A stretch of DNA of 64,000 bases from positions 2,108,001 through 2,172,000 of the forward strand of contig NC_081396.1 in NCBI RefSeq assembly GCF_030684315.1, read 5' to 3'. This DNA comes from Stegostoma tigrinum. Taxonomy: Eukaryota. The notes beneath the pieces were generated by a model that made no database searches, was not told the DNA's origin, and worked only from the letters and a program-made list of their open reading frames with translations. Shown here piece by piece: positions 1 to 12,712 of the stretch (positions are counted from its first letter, which is position 1; each line of letters opens with the position of its first letter). Position numbers and translations under genes: made by a program.

Positions 1-797
1 AAAATTTTCAAGCTCTCATTAATTGGCTCCTCTATTACAAGTTCCCCCATATTTGACATAATTATATTTGTGAAATACAATTCGCAGAAAAAATTGCTTC
101 AGAATTATTCGGAGCAGCAATTGCACATCCTATCACAGCATGTCACTTTATGTTGCAAATATCACAGGAAAATTAGTGAACAAGTTTAATCCGAAGAAGA
201 ATGAGATATTGCGAAAAAAAAGTTCTAAAAGGGACTTCTGAAAGAAGGGGACAGAAGTAGAACCGCTGAGTGGAGAACTCCAGTGATTTGGGCTTTACTA
301 GTTAATCTGTTCCTGACAGAGTTGAAAGTATCAATGAAAGCGATGCACGGGAGACATCAGCACAGTTAAGAATAGAATTCAGGCAGTTGTATGATGGTGC
401 AGGAACATATGTGGAGAGAATCTGGAGCATGTGAAAACTCAAAGGACCAGATTGGTCATCGCTAATGAGGATGCAACGTTCATGAAGGTTTGTGGGTGAC
501 AGTATATCTGGGGCTTCAAATAAATAGGTTCATGAGCACCACATTATTCCATTCATTCTAAGGTAAGAAGTTGGTTCAGGAAATTTTCTAAGTGATGAAA
601 CAGCGATGTCAATTCTTGTGACTTATTGCATTGATAGAGTTTTGACGCTGCATTGGATGTCAATCACTTGTCAGTTTTTCCACAACAGGCAGAGACTTGA
701 AGTGGCAAGGGGTTGGTTGAAAATTGTTTCATAAAAGATTGTATGAAGGATGTTTGGAACCAGTTCCATCATGTCTTTCTCTTTTGATCTCTCACAG

Positions 798-1699
798 CCA
801 ACTTGCTGGCTATCATAATCCTATCTCGAGGACGATGCGGTCTTTCCCGATGCATCACTTTCTACCAGATGACGATTGCAGTCACTGATTTTCTTGTCAT
901 CATCACTGCGGTAATCTTCAACCGAATCAGCCGCATCTACTTCCGACAAAGTGTTTTGTCGACCACTCCTGCGTGCACTTTCAGCGTTTTGCTGGCCTAT
1001 ATCATTCGGGATTGCTCAGTCTGGCTGACTGTCGCCTTTACCATTGACCGTTCAGTGGCCATCTGCTTCCAGAATTTGAAGACCAGATACTGTACAGTGA
1101 AAACTGCATCTTTGGTCATCGGAATAATCTCTGCCCTGTGTTGCATCAAGAACATCCCATCCTACTTTAGCTATGAACCCTTATACATCTTCGATGAGGT
1201 ATCCTGGTTTTGCAATGTTAAAGCCAACTTCTATATTTGGCCACCTTGGCAGGCTTATGATTGGTTCTTCCAGATCTAAACTCCTTTTCTCCCATTCTTT
1301 GTCATTCTGATGCTTAATACCCTGACAATGAAACAAATCCTAGCAGCCAACAGAGCTCGCAGCAGATTCCAAGGTGCAGAGATGCAACAAGACCCAAAGA
1401 TGGCCAACCGCAGGAGGTCTATTATTCTTCTGTTCACCATCTCTCTCAGCTTCCTCCTACTGTGGGCACCTCTTGTCGGGCATTTCATTTTTACACAGCT
1501 TAAAGCGAAGAGCTACTTTGGTGGTCTGAATTTCAGTGATCCGCAGTATATCTTCCAAGAGATGGCCAACGTTCATCACTTACAAAGTTCCAGCAACAAC
1601 GTCTTTATTTATGCAATCTCTCAGAATACGTTTCGACAGGAGCTAAAGATCATTCTGATATACCCCTTTGTCATCCTCATCAATTGTTTTAAGCAGTGA
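798..1699 (+). pseudogene. GPR139-like class A GPCR, main exon, copy A (in-frame TAA at 1277-1279; exon 1 lies upstream of the window)
   Basis: Acceptor ctctcacag at 797. Reads ANLLAIIILSRGRCGLS...CSVWLTVAFTIDRSVAIC...RRRSIILLFTISLSF...NNVFIYA. ORFs 803-1279 and 1310-1699 share a frame and are split by one stop. Confidence 0.88.
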
Positions 1700-2019
1700 G
1701 AGGAGAGATTGCAATAGAGAGAGTGCATGAAGCTGAACGTAGATAAAGACCAAAGTACGCTATCAGAAGCTGATAAGATGCCACTGACTGCTCCGAAACC
1801 AACACAGGCGATTGTTTAATCCGAGATGATTGGCACTAATACAGAAAACTACCAGAAGATAGAGATGTACAGCCAGAGACATACACAGAAACCCGGGCTC
1901 CACGGTGTATCCTCAGTGGGTAGATACAGTTTTATTTCATCACATGGACTGTTCGAGGATTCTTTCAGCATTACATTGACAGTTTAAAACCATACTCGTC
2001 AGAAAGCACGTATTTATGT

Positions 2020-3400
2020 CTGTGCATTGACGTGATTACACTGATTTTTCGGAGAACTTTACCAGCCGCTCGGAGGACAACCAATATGTTGTCATTATTT
2101 AATGATGGTGAGAGGGATAAACAATAAATTTTCAGACCAGTCTCTCTAAGTTCAGTGGTGGGGAAAATTCCGGAATCAGTTCTGAGAGATAGAAATAATG
2201 TGCACTTGCAGAAGTAGAGATTAACTGAGAACAGAGAGCAGGGTTTTGTGAAGGGGAGGTCACAGCTGACCCAATTGATTGCATTATTCGAAGCGGTGAA
2301 TAAGTGTGTAGAGGTGAGCATTGCATTTGGTAGGGCTACTTGGACTTCAGTGAGGAGTTTGATCAGTTCCCCCATAGGAGACTCAGAACCAAGGTACGAA
2401 TCCGTGGAATTTAAGGAGTTTTCGCTGTTTTGATGCAGAAATGAGTGAGGGACAGAAACCAGTGTGTGTGCTTCAGTGTGCCCTTGAGACTGCTAGCCTG
2501 TTTTTAGTGGGTTCTGCAGGGATTAATGTTGGAAAGCTTCTGACTGCAGCTTATATAAACGTTTTAAACATGAGTGTTCCGGGTGTTGATCAGTGATTTC
2601 TTGAATGATTTGGAAATTTGTGACATGAAAAATGGCGGGAAAGATAGTCTCAGATTTGAGGAGGAGATTGATGGGAGTGTCAGATCGACTGACCAGAGGC
2701 AAAGGAAATTCGAACTTCATAAATGTGAGATATTGCACGGGGACAGGAAAAAAAACAAGGCAAGTGAACACATGAGGACTCATAGGACATTGGGAAGTGC
2801 TAAATACCAGTGAAATATTTGCATGCATGACCATTGATCCTTTTATGTGATGGGGTAGTTACAAAAGTAAATGGGATACTTGCTTTTATTAACAGAATTG
2901 TAGAGCTTAGAGTAGTGAGGTCATAACGAAATTGCATTATGATAGGCCACAGGTAAATTATTGGTTTCAGTTTTTGAATCCTTAATAGAGAAGGAATTGA
3001 TTTGCTCTCGAGATTTTGCAGAGGAGATTTGGTACCTGTTGACTGGGCTGGGGGTTCTTAGATATAAAGAGAGTATGGATTTCCTTTGGAGTAGAGAGGA
3101 CTGGGGCATAAAGGTCGGCATATATGAAATTATAAGGGTTGTGGGTCGAAAGGACAGGCATGGATGTTTCCGATTGTTTGACATTTCAATGCATGAATGT
3201 CAGGTAAAACGGAACAGGTACAGAAAAAATGCGAAGAAATTTTTCAGCCAGAGGATTTTCAGAACCCAAATTGTCTTGGAGGGTGTCAAGCCAAAAGTCT
3301 TGATAATATTCGATAAATGTTTCCACATGCACCTTTGATCGAAAGTCATTCAAGGCAATTGAAAAAACTGTTCAAACGTGAGATTGGAATAGTTCAATGC
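2020..3400 (+). mobile_element. Degenerate CR1-type LINE (RT to 3' end)
   Basis: Broken frames read RPVSLSSVVGK..ES.LRDR, GFVKGRS.LT.LI, DFS and KFFSQR. Boundaries approximate. Confidence 0.8.
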
Positions 3401-3519
3401 TCCTCATTGAACAGTACAGTTTTGATGGTGCAAAAGACGTTTTGCTGTGCTGTAAACGGCTTTGACTGTATGACTCTGTATATCAATATGCGTGTGACTG
3501 TGTCTAAACGTCTGTTTGT

Positions 3520-3561
3520 GCACTCTCGTGCGTGTGTGCGTGTGCGTCTGTGTGTGTGTGT

Positions 3562-3610
<49 letters not shown>

Positions 3611-3735
3611 TGTGTGTGCGTGTGTTTTTCTTTGTCTTTGTGAGAGAGCAAAATAGAGAGAGAGAGAGAGTGGGGAGAGAGATGGGTAGATAAATAGAGA
3701 TAGATAGAGAGAGAGAGAGACAGAGAGAGACAGTC
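3520..3735. repeat. (TG)n microsatellite followed by (GA)n/GATA repeats
   Basis: Directly visible; the homologous TG tract in copy B is the N run 40501-40651. Confidence 0.97.
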
Positions 3736-4786
3736 TCTCTCAGAGTTGGCTGAGATAAAAGTTACAACGGTTAGAAAGCTTCATCTGGGGTGGCTGTCGA
3801 TAGATCAATCAGGCCACAGTTTATTTCCTGATTATATCACCTGATATATTTTGTGGTCCAGTGCCAGACTCTGGCATATTTTAGCTGCTACACTCGCACA
3901 ACTTGGCACAAAAAGGCCAGCAAAATATAGGGCCATACAGTGCATATTTATTATGCTCCTGAAGCTCCTCTGTGAAATAAATTTTAGAAAATTTTTTCTT
4001 CATCCCCGACACTTGTGGAGGATTCCAATAATGTAAATGTGGGCTGCATGTCTGGGGGCTGTATGTATCAGTGTAATATGCAACATCTCTATGTTGTCTC
4101 AGAGGAGCAGGTCATCGATGCCACTGTCACTTCTGTTCCAAAGTTTTTGAGCAGAGCGATGATTCACAGAGTCTCCGTTATTTGGATCTGAAACAATTGA
4201 GAATTTATGCTTCCTTTTTTGCCTCTAATAAATAAGAACACTGGGTTCATGGAATGCCCAAGTTTGGTGCTTTTATAGAGAACTCAGAGTCACGTTAACA
4301 TCACGTACTTGTCAGAAACCCGCCACAAATAAACCAAATGATGAGTATGTGCAATGTGAAATGACTGATGGGTGTTGGGAGGTGATAATTCTAAATTGCA
4401 CACTCACACGTTGCTGAGATCTCTGCGCATGTGTTCAGTTGACCTTCCTGTGTTGCCATTGGTTCGGTGAGACAGCAGTTGGACCTCAGTGGATGGAAAC
4501 AGCTTGAGATAGATTGCAGGCAGATCCCTTACACCCGACATCCAACTCAAATTTTCTCCCTCACAATACAAACACAGCACTCATTGGGAACAACAAATGT
4601 AAAAGTTTTACCACTGAATTAATCTCACACCTAAATATCTCAACTGCCTGCTCACTCACATCCACGCTCACAAGCAAGGGCAGTGTGGTGACTTGGTGGT
4701 TCGCACTGTTGCCCCACAGTGCTTAGAACACAGAACACAGAACAATACAGCACAGAACAGGCCCTTCACCCCTCAATGTTACCCTT

Positions 4787-4820
4787 GCTGACGTTTCGGG
4801 CCTAGACCCTTCATCAGAGA
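4787..4820 (-). ncRNA. Hammerhead-like motif, left arm of copy A
   Basis: Reverse complement of the 10171-10204 motif. Confidence 0.7.
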
Positions 4821-7800
4821 GGGGGATGGGGTGAGGCTTCTGGATTAAATAGGGAGAGAGTGGGAGGCAGACCAAAGATGGAGAGAAAAGAAGATAGGTG
4901 GAGAGAGTATAGGTGGGGAGATAGGAAGGGGAGAGGTCAGTCCAGTGAAGACGGACAGGTCAAGGAGGTGGGATGAGGTTAGCAGGTCGGAGATGGGGGT
5001 GCAGCTTGGGGTAGGAGGAAGGGAAGCGTGAGAGGAAGAACAGGTTAGGGAGGCAGAGACAGGTTGGACTGGTTTTGGGATGCAGTGGGTGGAGGGGAAG
5101 AGCTGGGCTGGTTGTGTGGTGCAGTGGGGGGAGGGGACGAATTGGGCTGGTTTAGGGATGCGGTGGGTGAAGGGGCGATTTTGAAGCTGGTGATGAACAC
5201 ATTGATGCCGTTAGACTGCAGGGTTTCCAGGCGGAATATGAGTTGCTGTTCCTGCAACCTTCGGGTGGCATCATTGCGGCACTGCAGGAGGCCCATGATG
5301 GGCATGTCATCGAAAGAATGGGAGGGGGAGTGGAAATGGTTTGCGACTGGGAGGTGCAGTTGTTTGTTGCGAACCGAGCGGAGGTGTTCTGCAAAGCGGT
5401 CCCCAAGCCTCCGCTTCGTTTCCCCAATGTAGAGGAGGCCACAACGGGTACAGTGGATGCAGTATACCACATTGGCAGATGTGCAGGTGAACCTCTGCTT
5501 AATGTGGAAAGTTATCTTGGGGCCTGGGTTCGGGTGAGGGAGTAGGTGTGGGGGCAAGTGTAGCATTTCCTGCGGTTGCAGCGGAAGGTGCCGGGTGTGG
5601 TGGGGTTGGAGGGCAGTGTGGAGCGAACAAGGGAGTCACGGAGAGAGGGTTCTCTCTGGAAAGCAGACAGAGGTGGGGATGGAAAAATGTCTTGTGTGGT
5701 GGGGTCGGACCTCTATACCCAGAATATTCAGACCCTTCAGCAGCATTTCTCCCTGCGAGTCCTGAAACAGACACTCGTAGCCATGCGCCGGCGCCTCCAC
5801 AGACTGCAATCCAGCCTGCCCCAGCTCAGAGCCTCCCTCTCCCAGAACTGCAAAGGGCCTCTGCTGTTTTTTATTCTCCGCAGGATCCACAGACTGAACA
5901 CCCAGTTTAACTCAGCTTTACTGGACACCAAAAATCGCAAGTACAACAAACTCACTGACCCCTGCCACCCACAAGAGGATTCCTGCGCCTCCCAAATCCC
6001 GAGTCTGTCCCTGCCCCTCCCCGGCCATGCACCCGCCGCCATTGACCATGAGGACACGGCCGGAGACTGCACCGATGACGTCACATCCGCCTCCGCCGGC
6101 CACACCACTTCCGGGACCGCGGCTGCAGTCACCACCTCCACTTCCAGTTACAACACCTCACACACCAGCCTCACCGCAGCTGCTGCCGCCCACCACGATA
6201 CTCCAACCGCCGACGGAAGACAGCCCACGGCCGATGCCGATGGAACCCTGCCCACGGCCGACGACCTCATCGGTCCGCCCACAACCTCCACAGCCAGCAA
6301 CCCCAGAGGAGACAGCCACACTGAACCCTGCCGCATCTTCACCATGCCCCCAGACCTCCGACTGACTGAGGACGAACGGTCAGTCCTTAGTAAGGGGCTC
6401 ACCTTTGTCCCCCTACAACCACACATCAACGAATACCAGTCACGATTGGACATAGAGCATTTTTTCCGCCACCTTCGCCTCCAGGCCTACTTCTTCAAGC
6501 AGGAGCCTGAGCCTCCCTCCACTGACCCCTTCACCCGCTTCAAACACAAGTCCTCCTCCTGGACACCACCCCCAGGCCTCCTACCCTCCTTCGACCTCTT
6601 CATCTCCAACTGCCGTCGAGACATTAACCGCCTCAACCTCTCCACCCCTCTCACCCACTCCAACCTCTCCCCTGCAGAACGGGCAGCCCTCCCCTCCCTC
6701 CGCTCCAACCCCAACCTCACCATCAAACCCCAAGACAATGGTGGCGCAGTGGTAGTATGGCGCACTGACCTCTACATCGCCGAGGCCAGACGCCAACTCT
6801 CCAACACCACCTCCTGCCGCCCACTCGATCATGACGGGTGTGGTGGTGTTGGAGGGCAGTGTGGAGCGAACAAGGGAGTCACGGAGAGAGTGGTCTCTCC
6901 AGAAAGCAGACAGGGGTGGGGATGGAAAAATGTCTTGGGTGGTGGGGTCGGATTGTAGATGGCGGAGGTTTCGGAGGATGATGCGTTGTATCCAGAGGTT
7001 GGTGGGGTGGTGTGTGAAAACGAGGGGGATTCTCTTAGGGCGTTTGTGGCGGGGGCGGGGTGTGAGGGATGTGTTGCGGGAAATACTGGAGACGCGGTCA
7101 AGGGCGTTGTCGATCACTGTGGGGGGAAAGTTGCGGTTCTTGAAGAACTTGGATATCTGGGATGTGCGTGAGTGGAATGTCTTATCGTGGGAGCAGATGC
7201 GGCGGAGGCGGAGGAATTGCGAATAGGGGATGGAATTTTTGCAGGAGGGTGGGTGGGAGGAGGTGTATTCTAGGTAGCTGCTGTAGTCAGTGGGCTTGAA
7301 ATGGACATCGATTACAAGCTGGTTTCCTGAGATGGACACTGAGAGATCCAGGAAGGTGAGGGATGTGCTGGAGATGGCCCAGGTGAACTGAAGGTTGGGG
7401 TGGAAGGTGTTGGTGAAGTGGATGAATTGTTCGAGCTCCTCTGGGGAGCAAGAGGCGGCGCCGATACAGTCATCAAATGTACCGGAAGAAGAGGTGGGGT
7501 TTGGGGCCTGTGTAGGTGCGGAAGAGGGACTGTTCCACGTTACCTACAAAGAGGCAGGCATGGCTGCGGCCCATGCGGGAGCCCATGGCCACCCCCTTAG
7601 TCTGTAGGAAGTGGGAGGAGTCAAAACAGAAGTTGCTGATGGTGAGGACGAGTTCGGCTAGGCGGATGAGGGTGTCGGTGGAGGGGGACTGGTCGGGCCT
7701 GCGGGACAGGAAGAAGCGGAGGGCCTTGAGGCCATCTGCATGTGGAATGCAGGTGTATAGGGACTGGACGTCCATGGTGAAGATGAGGTGTTGGGGGCCA

Positions 7801-10170
7801 GGGAATTGGAAGTCCTGGAGGAGGTGGAGGGCGTGGGTGGTGTCACGGACGTACGTAGGGAGTTCGTGGACCAAAGGGGAGAAAATGAAGTCCAGATAGG
7901 TGGAGATGAGTTCGGTGGGGCAGGAGCAGGCTGAGACGATGGGTCGACCAGGTCAGCCACGGTTGTGGATTTTGGGAAGGAGATAGAAACGGGCCGTGCT
8001 GGGTTGGGGAACAATGAGGTTGGAGGCTGTGGGTGGGAGGTCCCCTGAGGTGATGAGGTCATGAATGGTGTTGGAGATGATGGTTTGGTGCTCGGGTGTG
8101 GGGTCATGATCGAGGGGGCGGCAGGAGGTGGTGTTGGAGAGTTGGCGTATGGCCTTGGCGATGTAGATGTCAGTGCGCCATACTACCACGGTGTCACCAT
8201 TGTCTTGGGGTTTGATGGTGAGGTTGGGGTTGGAGCGGAGGGAGGGGAGGGCTGCCCGTTCTGCAGGGGAGAGGTTGGAGTGGGTGAGAGGGGTAGAGAG
8301 GTTGAGGCGGTTAATGTCTCGAAGGCAGTTGGAGATGAAGAGGTCGAGGGAGGGTAGGAGGCCTGGGGGTGATGTCCAGGAGGAGGACTTGTGTTTGAAG
8401 CGGGTGAAGGGGTCAGTGGAGGGAGGCTTAGGCTCCTGGTTGAAGAAGTAGGCGTGGAGGCGAAGGTGGCGGAAAAACTGCTCTATGTCCAATCATGACT
8501 GGTATTCGTTGATGTGTGGTTGTAGGGGGACAAAGGTGAGCCACTAACTAAGGACTGACCGTGCGTCCTCAGTCAGTGGGAGGTCTGGGGGCATGGTGAA
8601 GATGCGGCAGGGTTCAGTGTGGCTGTCTCCTCTGGGGTTGCTGGCTGTGGAGGTTGTGGGCGGACCGATGAGGTCGTCGGCCGTGGGCGGGGTTCCGTTG
8701 GCTTCGGCCGTGGGCAGGGTTCCGCTGGCGTCGGCCGTGGGCGGGGTTCCGTCGGCGTCGGCCGTGGGCGGGGTTCCGTCGGCGGTTGGAGTATCGTGGT
8801 GGGCGGCAGCAGCTGCGGTGAGGCTGGTGTGTGAGGTGTTGTAACTGGAAGTGGAGGTTGTGACTGCAGCAGCGGTCCCAGAAGTGGTGTGGCCGGCGGA
8901 TGCGGATGTGACGTCATCGGTGGAGTCTCCGGCCGTGTCCTCATGGTCAATGGCGGCGGTGCATGGTCGGTGAGGAGCAGGGACAGACTTGGGATTTGGG
9001 ATGCGCAGGAATCCTCTTGTGGGTGGCAGCGGCCAGTGAGTTTGTTGTACTTCCGATTTTTGGTGTCCAGTAAAGCTGAGTAAAACTGGGTGTTCAGTCT
9101 GTGGATCCTGCGGACAATAAAAAACAGCAGAGGCCCTTTGCAGTTCTAGGAGAGGGAGGCTCTGAGCTGCAGCAGGCTGGATTGCAGTCTGTGGAGGTGC
9201 CGGTGCATAGCTGCGAGTGTCTGTTTCAGGACTCGCAGGGAGAAACTCTTCTGAAGGGTCTGAATATTCTGGGTATAGAGGTCCGACCCCACCACCCAAG
9301 ACATTTTTCCATCCCCACCCCTGTCTGCTTTCCAGAGAGAACTCTCGCTCCGTGACTCCCTTGTTCGCTCCACATTGCCCTCCAACCCCACCACACCCGG
9401 CACCTTCCCCTGCAACCGCAGGAAATGCTACACTTGTCCCGACACCTCTTCCTTCACCCCTATCCCAGGCCCCAAGATGACTTTCCACATTAAGCAGAGG
9501 TTCACCTGCACATCTGCCAATGTGGTATACTGCATCCACTGTACCCGTTGTGGCCTCCTCTACATTGGGAAACCAAGCGGAGGCTTGGGGACCGCTTTGC
9601 AGAACACCTCCGCTCAGTTCGCAACAAACAACTGCACCTCCCAGTCGCAAACCATTTCCACTCCCCCTCCCATTCTTTAGATGACATGTCCATCATGGGC
9701 CTCCTGCAGTGCCACAATGATGCCACGCGAAGGTTGCAGGAACAGCAACTCATATTCCGCTTGGGATCCCTGCAGCCTAATGGCATCAATCTGGACTTCA
9801 CCAGCTTCAAAATCTCCCTTTCCCCCAACACATTCCTAAACCAGCCCAGTTTGTCCCCTCCCCCCACTGCACCACACAACCAGCCCAGCTCTTCCCCACC
9901 ACCCACTGCATCCCAAAACCAGTCCAACTTGTCTCTGCCTCCCTAACCTGTTCTTCCTCTCACCGATCCCTTCCTCCTACCCCAAGCCGCACCCCCATCT
10001 CCTACCTACTAACCTCATCCCACCTCCTTGACCTGTGCGTCTTCCCTGGACTAACCTCTCCCCTCCCTACCTCCCCGCCTGTACTCTCTCCACCTATCTT
10101 CTTTTCTCTCCGTCTTTGATCCGCCTCCCCCTCTCTCCATATTTATTCCAGAACCCTCACCCCATCCCCC

Positions 10171-10204
10171 TCTCTGATGAAGGGTCTAGGCCCGAAACGT
10201 CAGC
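10171..10204 (+). ncRNA. Minimal hammerhead ribozyme-like motif of the Penelope terminus
   Basis: CTGATGA-a-GGGTCTAGGCCC-GAAA-CGTC: both core boxes, stem II and a palindromic ACGT stem III. Minimal hammerheads are an established feature of Penelope terminal repeats. Confidence 0.7.
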
Positions 10205-10941
10205 TTTTGTGCTCCTGAGATGCTGCTTGGCCTGCTGTGTTCATCCAGCCTCACATTTTGTTGTCTTGAATGTTTCATATAACCAGTCCAATGGAGCCCC
10301 GAACATCCTGCCAAGCTAAATGCTTTGCACACCCTGCACGATCTGTCAGCACCAAGAATCGTGCCCCACCAAGGCCCTGCACGATATCCCACTCTTCTCC
10401 ATTATGTTGATCAAGAATTGCTCTTCCACATGTTCTTATGAAAGAACGTAAGGTTAAATAAAAAATAAGAGCATGTGAAATATGAGCCGGAATCGACGCT
10501 TCCAGTGTGCCCCATTGAGATTAATTCACTGCGCAGATTACAGCATCCGGCTAAATTCACTTGGTCCACAGCAGGGCACACGGTGATCACGAAATTCAGA
10601 TCATGAGCCTTTTTTTCTGGAAACAGTGGCAGTCTGAGGATACGAAATGGGTGGAATACTCCAATTCGAGACGATCACACAACATAACGCCTGCTGTTTG
10701 AACTCCTCCAGTTCCAAGCCTGACTAATGCTGACCAATGTTTTTGTTTCTGTTCAAGGTTTTCAGACGGAAACGAAAAGCTTTACCCAACAGTTGTCAAC
10801 TTCTTGATCACAAGTCTGTTTTGTTTGATAAACACTACTGCATTTCCTAGCGTTCATGTTGTTCCCCACTCACACTTCCACATGACTAATTGTCTTACCT
10901 TCCTTGTTTTCACTTGCTGTGTGCTTGCCGCTACCTTTCAG

Positions 10942-11297
10942 AGATGAGTAATAGAGACTCGGTACCCCAGGCAAAGCAAAGAGTCCAAGCACAAGCAGAT
11001 GAAACTTCAACAATCGTTTGCTGTTACCCTGTGTCTAATTCAGCTGCGCTGTATGAAATGTTGTGGTACGGTCAGAACCCATAATAAGCATGTCAGTATC
11101 AGCTCACATTCAGCCGTTATGGATAGAATAAAAAGATTCCCTGCTCTGATCATTACAGTCGGAATCTCAATTCGACTGCAGGGAATTTTCAACTGCCAGT
11201 TAATGATAATTAATTTTCAACTGATTCATTTTCAAATGAATTATTATGCTCTGATATCAACAGTCTATTCGGTACACTCCAATCTCATACAAAAACA
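10942..11297 (+). pseudogene. TRAV: TCR alpha/delta V pseudogene 1A with degenerate 23-RSS
   Basis: Acceptor cctttcag, then MSNRDSVPQ...TIVCCY...MLWYGQNP** ...LMIINFQLIHFQMNYYAL. AACAGTC (11259-65), exactly 23 nt, ACAAAAACA (11289-97). Confidence 0.8.
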
Positions 11298-12712
11298 GAA
11301 CACCTATTAAAATCAAGGATTAGCTCAAGTAAATGCAAGTCATTGCTTGCTTGACAATCTATGCAGGGAATCATAAACAAACATGTACAGAGGGGCAAGC
11401 GTAGTCACTTCACGCACAGTCATTCAGTATGGTCATAATTGACCTGGTCACGTTTTCTACTCACCTCATCATTAATATTTCTCTCTCTTGGTTATCAAGG
11501 CTCAGGCCACTTCAACAAGAAAAATATGATCTGACTCTGCTTTGACTTACTCTTGGCAAAGAATAAAACTACAAACACTCACAATTATCCTTAATTTAAA
11601 ACGAAGAGTCAACAGCATTGCCTATTTCTGGTGCCACATTTAATCCGAACCAGGTAATTCAGCATTATTATTTTTCTGAAGGATTTTATTCACTGTTATT
11701 ATTTCACACCAATAGATGAACATTTTAATATAGGAAGCTAAATGCAGATGGTTTACGAACTGAATTTTCATTATAACAGCCAGTCTGCCTGCAGAAAATT
11801 CCTCTGAGCCCCCTGATCGCCAGTGCACCAAATAACCACGAAACCAGCATCTGCTGTTGCAATCTATATTGTCTTATGTTGATTTGTTAAAACTTCTTTC
11901 TTCATTCACGCTATGGACATTAACATTATTAATACATTTTTCCAGATCTAAAATCAAACGACACGGATTTCGTTTACAGTCCCACAAATTAAAAGATAAA
12001 ATAATAACGTCCGTCTGTGAAACTGAAAAAGCAAATCACTTGAAAATTATCGTGATTGCTGCTCTCTCCACCTTGCACCTTCAAGCATCCCCAATTCCGG
12101 CGGACGGAATGACCCTGATGCCAGAAACGTTTCTTCCTCAGTTTAAACTTCCATTCAGATAAAGTTAAAATACACTGTCACAATTACTGTAAACATATAG
12201 CAATGGAATGTCATACGTAATACCTGTGGTGTTTTGAGACCAGGTCACAGATTGTAAATGCAACCATTACTTTTTTCAAAATATCAGCTGATTGCAGCTC
12301 AGAGTCACCACGCTGATGTCAAATTTAGAGACTGCAGAACACCCCGAACNNNNNNNNNNNNNNNNNNNNNNNNNNNNNNNNNNNNNNNNNNNNNNNNNNN
12401 NNNNNNNNNNNNNNNNNNNNNNNNNNNNNNNNNNNNNNNNNNNNNNNNNNNNNNNNNNNNNNNNNNNNNNNNNNNNNACTTGTTGACTTGATTTGATCAA
12501 CATCATAATTGTTCAGCCGATCTACTTTTCTGCTGAGCCAGAGGATTGGCTGCACGACAGAGCGATACAACCAGGAACAATGGGAGAATGTCTCAAACCG
12601 TTGCTTGGCATTGTTTCTATTCTCACTTAATATCTCATATTGGAAAAAGATTATTTTTCACTTAAAATTTGCTCCTAATTTAACAGTAACAGTGACGATA
12701 ATGTTGACAAAT

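Larger units (their letters stand above)
4787..10266. mobile_element. Penelope-like element (RT + GIY-YIG) in fold-back arrangement, copy A; arms 4787-6835 and 8103-10204
   Basis: GIY-YIG motif NVVYCIHCTRCGLLYIGETKRRLGDRFAEH on - (5045-5566) and on + (9375-9946). RT MDVQSLYT...KGVAMG...RYI/DD on - (7473-7874) with a frameshift in YIDD. N-terminal region on + (5710-6835) and on - (8103-9280). Confidence 0.95.

Noticed and set aside
3317-3651. CV/HT-repeat ORFs
   Set aside because: Translations of the (TG)n microsatellite.
5576-6958. 460-aa ORF (and 368-aa ORFs at 8544-9650 and 47154-48260) as a novel gene
   Set aside because: Chance read-through from antisense Penelope sequence across the inversion junction into the Penelope N-terminal region; the listed starts are not ATG.
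7440-7900. Active Penelope reverse transcriptase
   Set aside because: A +1 frameshift in the catalytic YIDD in both copies, and the ORF is split by inversions.
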